Assembly: GCA_044892525.1 (NCBI GenBank)
Contig: CM097885.1
Span: 42,286,001-42,350,000 of the forward strand
Origin: Schmidtea polychroa
Lineage: Eukaryota
Direction: 5' to 3'
Length of the DNA stretch: 64,000 bases
Shown here: positions 38,401-51,300 of the stretch, piece after piece
Position numbering within the stretch: position 1 is the first letter of the stretch
Layout: each line of letters opens with the position of its first letter
Translations under genes and position numbers: made by a program
Notes under the pieces: model-generated
Seen by the model: only the letters and a program-made list of their open reading frames with translations
The model's database searches: none
Told to the model about the DNA's origin: nothing

Positions 38401-40034
38401 AACATGTGGAAATAAAAATATTCTTGATATAATTCTTTAAGACTTGAAAATAATAAATTATTTTTTACGATAACAGCTGTCCAAAAATTTTGTATAAATA
38501 GCGACTTAGAATCACTATTCTTCGCCCAAAAATAAAACCACTTTTTACATAATCTAAAAAGGTAAATCCTTATTAGATTTTAAACTCAGACGGACACGAC
38601 AGAAAGTCTAAAATCGCACGCAACTTAGCACGGAATAACAAAACAGTCACACAATTACATATTTGCACGCATTATCTAGCGAATCGAAATCTGCAATCGA
38701 AAGAAATTGTACATTCAACTGGTAAATTTTTGATTATAAATAAACATTTTTTCTCATATATAAAAACCAGTAAGGTTGGGGTTTTCGAATAACGAGACCT
38801 CAACATAATTCTAGAAAATATTTTTAAAAATAATTCAAAATAATCTACACAAATCTGAAAACACTGGAGTATGTGTGGTTTGGCTATCTAAGGATTTTAA
38901 TAATTATGCTCACCCTGATGTCACAAAGTGGAATAGAATGTGTGGGCGAGCCCCACAAATTGTTATAAATACCGGCCGAAAATTCATTATTTCAACTTGT
39001 AAAGTTGAGACAATCTAATCTAAATTTTTCTCTCAGTTTTTCAGAATTACATGAATTTTGTTTAAATTGTTATGCTCGTTCGGTGATAAGTTTTATTCAT
39101 ATATTTATGATAAGTTAAATCAAAACAAAATTTTTTAATAATCAGATTTGTCTGTAGAAAAAACTTTTAAATTATATATATTATTTTTTGTTATTTAGGT
39201 GAATTGTAAATGTGGTTAAGAATAAATTTTATTATTGATTTTGTTTTTTTCTTGTGTTATGTATTTAAGTGTTAGTTTATTGCTACCTAATGGTTGGTAT
39301 CTGTTTTGTTGGTAACGAGTTGATTGATTTGTTATTATTATTTACAAAAATTTGCAGTAAAAATTTAATCACCTGAATTATTTTTTAATTTCTCAGTCGG
39401 TAGCGTTTCTTCAATAGAAATTACTTTAATGTAAATAATGACCTTAATTTATAATATTTTACCTTAATTTACTTTTTTAATTTATATAACCTTAATTTCT
39501 CAAACAACAGTACTTCTTCAAACTATATCACTTATTTTAAATACTTTTCATATTTTAGTTTAATTACAGTGGCACTTCAATTTTGAGAAATTCTATATTT
39601 AAAATTTTTAATATCTTTTAAAAAATATTCTTTTATGTCTAATTCATAGTTTCTAACAAAACAACGCAAAAAATGCTATAACCATTATAGTCTAACGATA
39701 AAAATTTTAAATAGAAATCACACCATCTATATATCGTTTCAAGAACATTCCCTTGCTATTTTCCACTTGTTTTTAAGAAAAAGCAATTTTATTTCTGCTT
39801 GTTTCAGTCTTATACTAAATTCAGCAAAAAATGAATACAACAAGAAAATATTTTAGCCAAAAAAGCAATTTTATTTTTTCTTCTTTTTTCAAAAAAAGTG
39901 TTTAGCTGATTTATTTATAAATATTTGAGTTTAAATCGATTTATTTAAGCTAAAAATTAAAAATTAATTAAATTACGGTTAATTATGATATAATTTTTAA
40001 GATTTTCAAAAAGTCCTTCGCACAACATAGTTTT

Positions 40035-41558
40035 ATGGAACAAACAGAAATCGTTAAAGAAGGTAGACCAACGCCAGTTTTCAATGACCTGAAAACAGTC
40101 ACAGCCAAGTGTACTAGATCGTTTAACCCTGAACTTTATCAAGAATATTCGTGGTTGAGTGGCAGTAGCACTCTCCTAAAACTATTTTGTTGGCCGTGTT
40201 TACTTTTTACAAACCAAAAGAAGAATCTTCATGGAACTCTGCATATGGTGGGATATCTGATTAAAGAAACATATACAATGCGATTGGACGTCATGAACAA
40301 CTTTTAAGTCACAAACAGAACTTTGTCTCGCTTTTATCGATTGGAAAAACTAGAATAAATATGCAATTAAATAAACAAGCTGAAATCTTGGCATCGAGAC
40401 ATAACCAAATGGTTGATAAAAATATAAATATTTCAAAATTGTTATTAGGGAGGTCTGTTTTTTGGGAGCTCCAGAGTTAGTATTTTGAGGACACGATGAA
40501 TAACAGAGGAAATTACATAGAGCTAACTAATTTAATCAGCGAATTCAGTGAGCCATTAAAAATTCAATTACAAACAAGCTCTGTTTTTCAGGGCACTTTA
40601 AAAACATTACGAAACGATATCATTTTGGCTATTGAAAATGTAATGGTTAATAAAATTACATTCGAACTAAGTAAAACGGATTTTGTTGCTGTCATCATGG
40701 ATGAGACTACGGATGTTGCAGCTATGACTCAAGGAATCAATTTAATAATTTCTGCTTGTTTAAGCGACGTACGAGAATGCAAAATATTCATGGCCACTTT
40801 ATCAGCTTTCGCTACATTTTTTGCTAATTCATCTAAAACAATTTCAATACTAGATGATATGATTGGAAAGAGAATTCCTTCAGTTAGTCAAACCAGATGG
40901 AACTATTCATCAAGAATTTGCTTTTTTGTGGTAGAAGACTTTTATAATTTGATAGAATTGTTTGATGAAATAGTATCAAATGCTGGCGATTTTGATTCTG
41001 TCTACCAATTGTGTCACGAAGTTTAACGCAAAGAGCAATGCTCTAGCGTTCAAAAGAAATATGAATTAAAAGCTATAGAAAACAGAAGGGCGAGAAATTC
41101 TCCCCTTAGGCCATATGGCCCGTGCGATGTATTAAAATAAAATTTGATTTTTTTTATTCATTTCAGATTTTGCAAAATAGTAGAAATGAATTTTGTAGAT
41201 TTAATGGAAAGTAAGAGTTTTTTCAAATATGAAATAGAATTTCCTGATGATCAATTTAATAATTTCTCGGAGAAATATAGTTTTTTTCAGCAAATCTGAT
41301 CTTAAAATCGAGTTAATAGTTTTATATAAAACAGAAATCTTTAGAGTAGAAAGTTTAAGAAAATTATATGAAATTTTTGAAGAAGATAATTTCAAAGAAA
41401 GTCTACCTCCAGCTTTCAAACCTATAAAATTAATTTTAACTTTGCAAGTTACAAGTGCATCTTCGGAAAGAAGCTTTTCAGCTTTAAAATTGTTAGATTC
41501 TGATCTGGTGGAAAGATTCTTCCTAACACAGATTATATATGACTCCAAAGATATATAA
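40035..41558 (+). pseudogene. Degraded hAT (ZMYM1-like) transposase
   Basis: RSFN..Y..YSWL..LFCWPCLLF, GHDE..NRGNY, DETTDV, TRWN and VTSASSERSFSALK fragments in several frames. Confidence 0.8.
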
Positions 41559-42275
41559 AAATAGAATGATTTAACCAAGACGTATATACTAAAACATTTA
41601 TTAATTATGCACAAATGTATACAAAATTGATTAACCCAAAAATTGCCGCTGATGCAATAAAAGAAAGAATATCGGTTGTACAAACCGTCCTCGGATATAA
41701 GAAACAAATGCTGGATCTAATTGCTCTCAGCACTGTATTTGAAGTTAGGGACAAGATGTAGGGGTTTCCAGAATTATTCACGATCGTCTAGATCAAGATT
41801 GATCTAGCGTTTCCTAATATTTTACCCTCTTGATAATTTAAATCCAACGAGTAAGACAGGCGGAAATGCTGCTTCTCGTGGTCGGGTTGTGCAATTTATA
41901 AGAAATTCAAGTAACTTTATGGTTAAGAAGTTCTTTTGCTTGCTCTTCTTTTGACTAAGCTGAAATTGCTTGTGCAAAATTGTTCTGAATTTACTAGTTT
42001 ATTGTTACTGTTTATATACTCTTCTGTGACGACAGCTGTTTTGACTTTCCCCTCACGTCGTTTTCAGTTTCTCCACCAATGTAATTACTAACTAGAAAAA
42101 CTGTTTCGAATTAACTACTTTATTCTCGTTGAATTGCATATTTCAGGCACAACTGTTACTTCTCTAATTGCTGTATAATCAATATCGATTTTCAGCTCCG
42201 AAAGTTTATTCTCCTATTTTTTTAAAAGTCCTTACCTAGTTATATAAATTAAATACTTGTAAATATTAATTTTAG

Positions 42276-42348
<73 letters not shown>

Positions 42349-42350
<2 letters not shown>

Positions 42351-42990
42351 AGGGTGGGCACGCATGGGTTCAATAAGAGCCATTTTCCGAAAATTTATTT
42401 TTTACAGAGCCACCATAGTAAAGTACATATTTTTTTTATTTCATTAATTTGATTAAAGAGACTTAAACGCTATTAAAAAAAAACAAAATAATTATTTCAA
42501 ACATTAAGTAACAAACATAAAAATCCATTAATAAAAAGTAATAAAATTTCTTGAATTAACGAAGACTTTTGGTCAAATCTTTGAAATTTGGTGTAAACTT
42601 TGTTAAAGCTGTTCGCAGCAATTCTGTAAGATGCTGATTGGTCAACTGTGAACGATATTTCGACTTTACGAACTTCATTGTGGAGTACGAAGATTCACAA
42701 CAATATGTTGTACCAAAAATTGAAATTAGACGGCAAGCAGCTTGTTTTAAGTGTGGATATTTTGCCTCTGGTACGAGTTTCCAAAATTCAACTATAGAAG
42801 TAGATTTATGGTGTATTTGCAAAGCCTGGTCCTCTTTCATATCTAATAACTCCAATTCCCCAACCGCTTTTTTAACAAGTATTACTTCAGAAATTGGAAA
42901 TCCATCTTCAATAATATCACAAATAAATGGGTTCACAAAAAATGCAAATGTAGATTTATAAAATCGAATTCGATTATCAAGAATTCAATT
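42349..42990 (-). pseudogene. hAT (SPIN/GTF2IRD2-like) transposase 3' fragment with terminal sequence
   Basis: FWKLVPE.KYP.L...A...S.FGTTYCCESSYSTMK..KSK.RSQLT dimerisation domain; CAAGGGTGGGCA end next to (TA)n. Confidence 0.8.
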
Positions 42991-43085
42991 ATCAATGAGC
43001 CGCAGTTTACTCAACGAAGAGCCGCATTTATCTAAGTATTTATCTAAATATATTAGTTTAACCTTTTGCGAACGGTAGGCCAGCA

Positions 43086-43760
43086 GTGCTGACCTTCAAT
43101 TGCCTACATAAAAACATTGTATTCACATGTGAAACAAAGAAAATATCACCGCTTGCTTTCTTGGATCTGTTAATACAACGCAAAGAGAAACACTATGAGA
43201 CAGAGATTTATAGAAAACCAACTGATACTGTTCACTATACTTCTTCCAAAAGTTTTTGTGAATTCAAGTATAAAAGAAATATGGTGAAGGGGTTGATTTA
43301 TCATGCATGGTCTTTGTCTTCTACTTTTAAAAATTCAGTAAAAAGTATTGACATATTGGTTGAATTGTTAATGAAGAACGGTTATTCAAAATCCTTTTTA
43401 GTAATTTGTGATTTGTGAGGCGTTGTTGATAAAATTATTGAATCCGAAAATTAATGTGCAGAATGCAGTAAATACTTGTGTTTTAAGTGTTTTTAAATAA
43501 GTTTTTAAATAGGTTTTTTTATATTGTATGTATTGATTGTTGTATTAAATTAAATAATTAATAAAAAATTTTTAAATTATTAAATTAAATTTTAAATTTT
43601 AATATATTAATTTAAGTGTAATTTTTTTAAAAATAATTAGTTTTTATAAAATAAAAATTTTTTTTATATATAATTAATAAATTTGTTTAAAATCCTTAAT
43701 TTAATGAGTTATTATACCCCACCTGATGATGACAGGAAAACTGTCGAAATATATCGTGAA
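43086..43760 (+). mobile_element. Penelope-like retroelement fragment
   Basis: FNCLHKNIVFTCE..LAFLDLLI..TEIYRKPT..NGY RT thumb region, followed by a hammerhead motif. Confidence 0.8.
43720..43758 (+). ncRNA. Minimal type I hammerhead ribozyme
   Basis: CAC-CTGATGA-T-GACAG gaaaa CTGTC-GAAA-TATATC-GTG: catalytic core, stem II, palindromic stem III and 3-bp stem I. Confidence 0.75.
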
Positions 43761-44390
43761 AAGAATGTTTGATTGGCGTTATCTTATAATTTAATCATTG
43801 CCATGTATGTTTAACTATTTATTATTATATTTATTCTATTTTTAACAATTATTATTTTATTTGTCCCTATCGTTCTAGCCTCTATACGGCTAATAAAATT
43901 GCTCCTTGAGCGAGCCCAACCCCTACAAAATTAATAAAAGATTATTCAAGAAATACAATGAATCAAGAGAGGTTGAGCAGACTTCCAATAATGTCTATTG
44001 AAAAAAACTTATTAAAAGAACTTTTGCCTAATAAAGACTATTTTTATGATGTAGTAATTAAGGAATTTTGTAGAAAAAAAAGCCGCAACTGTTTAATTAA
44101 CATTAAGTACTTTACTTTACTTATTTTACTTTAATTTATTTTTATTTGATAATTACACATGATTTTTAACCAGTTCATAAAATCTTATTCGACCAAAAAA
44201 TCCTGAGACCATATTTATCTATAAGAAATACAACAACTAAAATTATGGACAAAAATGCCTGAGACTATAGTGAACCTATACACTACCCCCAAAAGGTTAA
44301 GAATCAATAATCAAATATAAATCACGTCGCTTTCAATTCGTTTCCATCCCCCAACCACCCATAGTAATAGTAACTAAGTAGTCAAGCTGG

Positions 44391-44800
44391 TTGCGCGCAG
44401 CTATTTATTACGCCGATAATTTGCCAGAGGTTAAAAGAATAATATACCAATTTGAAGATGATGGTAAAATAATTGCAAATGTGAAAGAAAGTATACTAAA
44501 CGATCAACTAGCTGCCGAATTGGTTGAACTTAAATTAAATTATGAAGTGTTGATTGAAATACTGGATAGATTTGAAAATTGTTTATCAAATGTATCGTTT
44601 TCTATAGATCCTTGCAGTATAAAACAGTATATTAGTGTCCGATTAGAATCAAATAGCATATCCTCCATTTGTAAACTTGAAAATTCCGAAGTTTCACCGA
44701 GCGTATATTCTATGTTATTCAACTGTCCACCAACATCTATTGCAGTGGAGCGGAGCTCCTCTATGCTTAAAAAATGTTAGCATTAGATAGAAATTTCAAC
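44391..44800 (+). pseudogene. DNA transposase C-terminal fragment
   Basis: W..AA.YY..N...VK and PPTSIAVERS.SMLK motifs. Confidence 0.6.
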
Positions 44801-45318
44801 AATGAATATATATACACTTATTTTGCATTTTATTTCAATAAGGATAATAATAATTCATCGGTAGAAGATGATGGTTCGGATTTTGAGATGCAATAGGTAG
44901 GATAGCTGGCCTTTTTAATCTTTTATTATTGTTGTATTAATAAAATGTTTATCCTTACTACCCATTATTTATTATTTTTTTTAAACTTAATCTCCTTTTC
45001 CCTAATTGGTTATTCATTGACCAATACTTCTCTTACATAATTGGCTATTCTCTAACCAATACCCATTTATAAAGTACCCATCTATCCAACTCAACAAACA
45101 AATTAATTTTATATCCAATATCAATTTGGTAATTTTTTGCCAAAAAATGCCAAAATTCTGAAAATTTTGCCAAAAACTCATCAAAAAATTGCTAAATTTG
45201 GGTTGCCTTAATAATGTATAACAAGGTTAATTAAGATTTAATAATAAAATAATAATAATAGAATTTAATAAAATCTTAGAAATTTATTTTGATTGAAACA
45301 TAGTAAATCAAATCAGAA

Positions 45319-48300
45319 TTAAACATTGAGGCTGTATACCAAAGTTAAAAATTGTTCGTATCCAATTGTAATTACCCCGTCCATATCAGTATCATAGCTC
45401 CGAAAAGCATTTGTTAAAATCTTAATAAAAATAAATAAACATTTAGATATGAGCTACACCATTAAAAACTGCACGGCGCGAGTTTTACATAGCAATAATA
45501 TAAACAGGATTTTTTATTAAAAAATGAATAATAAAGAAATAAATAATCCTGCAACACACTTAAAAATTAAAAACAAATTAATTAAGCTTCTCGTGAACTG
45601 CAGAATTATTTCATTCATTTCCAAACAAAACTGACATTAAAAATGGAACAAATGTCCACAAAAGGGTTAATTTAATGTCATAGGAAATGGAATTCAGCAA
45701 TAAAAGAAAATATTTATAATTTTTCACGTAATTTTTGGAATCTTGACACAACATTTGATCAACTTGCATTTTGTTGTCAATATTTAGAATCTTATTTCCG
45801 TTTGAGGCATAACGGTTGAGAATGACTAATTTATTGACAATGAAATAACCTGGTTGCTTAAATCATAATTGATAAAAAAATTGAGCATCCTACTGTGTTA
45901 CTTCTTTTATTAGTCCGTGTTTGTATTTATTTTTTCTGTACTTTTTCAATAAATAGGTATCGTGCTTTGATTACAGTCATTTTCATGATATAAGTGTTTT
46001 ATATGAAAAAATTAACCTATTTAACCATACAAATATTATATTGGTAAAAATTTCACTAATAAGAGTTTAATACATACTTATTCAGTTAATAAAATAAAAA
46101 AATTAAAATGTTTTCAGTAATATTTATTCATCTTCGAATAAAATCATATCATCTTCATCAAAATGGATAGAATTGTTTTCATTAATATGTTGGTTTTCAT
46201 TGAAGTAGCAATCAAATGTCTCAATCTTTCATATTTAACAATAAAGGATTTTTCAAATCCTAACGCAGGTTTCAACTAGATAGATACCAATTCATTCTTT
46301 AATATTTCCTGCGATATTTTATTACAAGCTTTCTTCACTCATGAAGAATTTTCATCAAGTGATGGCTTTATAAAATTTTCATGACAGTTCCTTGTATCCC
46401 TATGTATTGTAATAATTTCTTTCGATTTTTAATCGAAATGTCAGGTGATTGTAAATAACTTGTGCTGAATAGGGTCGTTACTTGTGATATTCTTCCGTAT
46501 CGCAAAAATTGATTGGAAATTTGTCAGCAATGCGTACTTTCAGAACCCCATAATAATAAACCTTTATGTTTTCCTCTAATTATTAATGGTAATGCCATAT
46601 CAATATAATTTTTCAATACATGGTTTTTTGCCCAAGCTTTTCCGAATTAATTATATAAATTTCATTTCTAGTCTTCAATCTTGTTTTAGTGCATTTACTA
46701 TCATAGGAGCAACCTTCTTACCACTAAATCTTATTCCAAGACAAGTCACACTGAAACTTTAATATTTTGTAGTCGGTATTGTTATTGAATTGGCACCCTT
46801 GTGATCTAAAGTCGATTGAGAATTCAATCAAAAATATATAGTTGTTTCATCCACGACAAAGATATATTTTGCATTAAACGAATCAATGCAAGTTTTATCG
46901 CAGTAATTCTTAAAATGACTTGATCAAGTAACTATTTAATGTAGGTGAATGAGTGATTATGGAATAACGCTTAACCTCTTAAGTGGTTTATTTCGTCAAA
47001 CGAAATGCGCTTTTCAGCGGCGAGTTTTGTTATCCGCTAGTGTCTTGGGCATAGTGTCACAAAAAATAAAATAATATCTTATTGGATGATATTTATTAAG
47101 ATAAAATGTTAACAAAGGTAATATTTATGATATATTTTTAACATATTTTGTCAATTTAGGTCAATTTAGTTGCTGACGTATATATCCGTCATAGCCACTT
47201 AAGAGGTTAATTAAAATCACCAAATGGCAAATTTTATTATAACTTTTAATTTTGATCGACAGTATGGCATTTTTATTTTAATGTTATTTGAAAATCGACT
47301 TTCCACTATCAAAATTTTAGATTATTATAAAACCCAAAAAAGAAATCTAAATAATATTAATTTAATTTGGCATGCAAACAGGAAATGATCATATAAACAT
47401 GAACAATTGTTGTGATTAATTGTGAATTTGAAAAATTAATTATTGTGAACAATTTCGAAATTTTATTCTAAAAGTTTTAAAACTTCCTTTTATTTATATA
47501 GAAATCAGTACACTTTGAGTTCTCAAGTAAACATTTTTGAGACCTCATTAGGTACAATAATTACTGACAGTACCTTTTCTTTATAAAACTATCAATCGAT
47601 ATTTTGTTTTATATTTAACACGGAATTTCGGTGATGCTTTTTTCAATTGTTTTGAAATCAAGACCACTTTAAAAGACAAATAAATCTAAGTCACTCAATA
47701 AAAATTTTTTAATATATGATTGGAAAAATGTGTACCCGGTCACACAAATTATTGGGTATATCAAAAATATAGAAATACTATAAAATTTAAAAGATAATAA
47801 TGTACAATAGACTTACTTGTAATGAAACACAAGCTTGAATGAAATCATCAAAAGCCACCGTATCATTTGCGCGTCTGTCGAATTTCTTTATGATCATACG
47901 AAAAAAGTTATCTGACAATCGGTATCCTAAACAATTAATAACAATGTTGTGTCTGAAGCTTAATAAATATTAACCAGTTCTCCAATATTTAAAAATACGT
48001 GACAATAAAATGAAAAATTAGGTTCACCCAACGTCATATCATTTTAAGTTATTCCTACAAATGGAATTGCTAGATAAAGTTAATGGTTTGATCCTTTTTG
48101 TAAATTTTAGAATGTAGAAAATGTAGAGAAATAGAATGTAGAATATTAGGAGGTACCTAATCTTTGTATAACACTCCTCGGATCTATGACCATTTCTGCT
48201 ACATCTTTCACAACGTATTTCCTGACACAATCTTCTTATATGACCTTCTTTCCCACACCCAAAACATCTTGGAGCTTTTTTATCTGGACAGTTTCTACTT

Positions 48301-51300
48301 ATATGTCCGCTTCTATGACATATCCAGCATTCTATTTTACCTTTTATTGGACAATCAATTTTCGTGTGTCCTATTTTGTGGCATAACCAGCATTCTGGCA
48401 TTTCTCTTCGGATACTTTCTTCTCTCTGTTCTTTCTTCTTGTATTGTACTCTTCCCTGTGGTTCCTGATAGACCACTCTGGCGTAACTTTTCATAATGTT
48501 TATCTGCTCTCTTTGCTTGTCTACTTTGTCCATCAGAGTTAATGTTTCCTTTATTTCGTCTGTGCTTTTTATCTTCCGTATTATCACTTCTTTCTCAACT
48601 TCTTTATTCTCCGCACATACTATTAACATCCTTGCTGTTAATTTCTCTATTAATTAATGACATCGATAAACCGGCAATATTGATGATGCCATTTTTAACA
48701 AAATAACTTAAATAGTTACATGAAATTTTAAAATTTGGACCATTATTTACTTTAATTTAAAAATTTGAACCTTAATTTACTTATTTGAACCCATTGATTA
48801 CTTTAATTTAATTTTTTGGACCAGCATTTACTTTAATTTTAAAATTTGAACCTTAATTAACTTATTTGAACCCATTGATTACTTTAATTCAATTATTAGA
48901 CCCATCATTTACTTTATTTTCATAATTTGAACCCATAATTTACTTTATTTCAAAAATATTAGCCCATAATTTACTGTTATTCAATTTTTAGACCCATAAT
49001 TTGCTTTATTTTAAAAATTTACCACGCTTTTTTAGTGTAGACCGCCTTTTCTATTGAAATTCTCAGGAGCAAGAAGACCCACATGAATTGACCTAAAAAA
49101 ATCCATGCTTTTTAGTGATAATTTAAATTTGTATTGAAAAGAAATTTTTTGCATTGAAAATCCCTGGATCAATCGAGACCCCCTCATTATAGTCTGAATA
49201 AAACTGGCCTTTTTTCTATAGGGCCCATCTGAATGTATTGAAAAAAATATTTTTGTATTGAAAATCCCTGAAAGCAAAAAAAGTAAGTTGTCGCAATTGC
49301 GTAATCAAAAGTTGCCACAGACCCCTCCCCCCAACCATCTTTTCTATTTTTTTCGAAATATACTGGGGCAGTATCATCGTTCTTTTCATAATTGCAGAGG
49401 GTTAGAAAATCCCCTATCAACGTCGTTGGTTTTTTGAAAGCCTTTTTCAATCTGTCTTCGAAACAAATTTCATTTTCTTCTATTGCTTCATAAATTGGCA
49501 ATAACTCTTGCAATAATCATCATACTTTGACTGGATTGTTCTAGTCCACATAATTGGAAATATCTCTTGCATTCTCCAATAAAAACGTCTACATCGACGC
49601 TGCCATCGTAAATATCTGGATCCATTTTATTGATCATTGCCAGGGTCGCCATGTTAACACATTGTGATCGGGCAGTTTTCGGCCGCGTACTAGTGCTGGT
49701 AACGGGTGATTTTTCGCGTAATTTCGCGCTAACATAGACCTCTAGAAAAATTGCGATAACTTCAAAAATATTTGTTTGATTTCAATAATTCTTTTTGCAA
49801 ATTATTTATTTTATTTTATTTTATTTTATTATATTTAGAAATGTATTCTTTATCGTTAAACTAGTGCAGAATTTCACATAAAGCAGGAAAGTTATGAAAA
49901 AATTAATATTTTTTTTACATAACATCCTTTATTTTACAAATTATACACAAAAATTATTTCTAAATGTAAAATAAAAATTAGTATTGTTTTAGGGTGTGAT
50001 ATCTTTCAAAACATTTGCCCCTGTGTAGGGGAACTTCACAAAATTATTATTCTTTGTCTTATTGTTGCATGTAGACCGTTATATGTACCGTTATCTTCGA
50101 CTATTTTTGTGATGAATAACACTACCTCGGTACCTACCGTACACCCCATCTATTGTTCTCAAAAGTTTTTTACCTGCATGGCTACAACCCTACAGACGCT
50201 ATATAGCGAAAACTCAAGTATATTGGAACCCGCATTTTAACGTGACCCGCGCTCCACTAACAATCTATCAAAAACGAATAAATACGTGTTCCGCTCTCTA
50301 GCATTAATTTGCTAAACACGTATCAATACGTGATCCGATTACAATGTGTTAATAATAAACGCTTAAGAATCTTAAGAACAAATATATATTAAAATACAAA
50401 TTCTTGCATTTATACTTATTATACTTTTACTATATAATAGTATTTGATACTTCTAATACAATATATATTTTATTTATAAATTAATTATTTAAATATCCCT
50501 AACAAACGATTTAAACAAATTAAGGTTATTATGTAATCGCTAATCAAAACAGAAAATTTAATTATTACACAATCAATGATTTAAACAAAAATAAAATTAT
50601 TACACAATCACTAATTAAAACAAAATTTAAAAATTAGGGGGGTCTTTTAAAATTAAAAAAAAAATTTTAAAAAAATAGGGGAGGGCATCTGGATCTGGAC
50701 CCTACATAACTATCTACTCCGGTGTTACTTTTAAAGTTTTTGTAGCTATAATTATTTTAAATTATTCATTAATGACAGGACTCCAACTTACACTAAGTTT
50801 CAAACTGCTTGTAAATGACATGCAAAAATTACTGTATTTTAAAATACTAATCTAATTTGTTCAAATTTGATCAGTATTTTAAAATACAGTAACTTCCAGA
50901 TATAATAAAATGCGTTTTTCCAGTATATTTTTATTATAACTAGATTTTATAATAACGACGCTATTGCCACATACTAATTTTACAATATCCAATTTTGAAT
51001 AATATCTGAATTTATTATGTTCGGAAGATATTGTAGTTATAAATTTACGTGACATATCTAATTGTTAAGGATATGAATTACGGTTTGATAAGGTTTGTAT
51101 ATTTTTCAAAAATAAAACAGATTACAAGTCTTATTGTGAGTACTTGTTGTTTAAAATATACACAAATAGCACAACACTTACAGTATTACAGTATTAAAAA
51201 TTTATTTGATGCTTTAATTGCTATCAAAGACGCAATAAACAAAACAGGTTTTAGTTAAAAATAATTTTACATTTTGCTTTAAAGATTTAGTGTTTGGTAG

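Noticed and set aside
35405..39900. Possible LTR or gene after the truncated pPolB
   Set aside because: Begins with TGT and has GC-richer patches, but no second LTR, PBS or coding motif could be supported.
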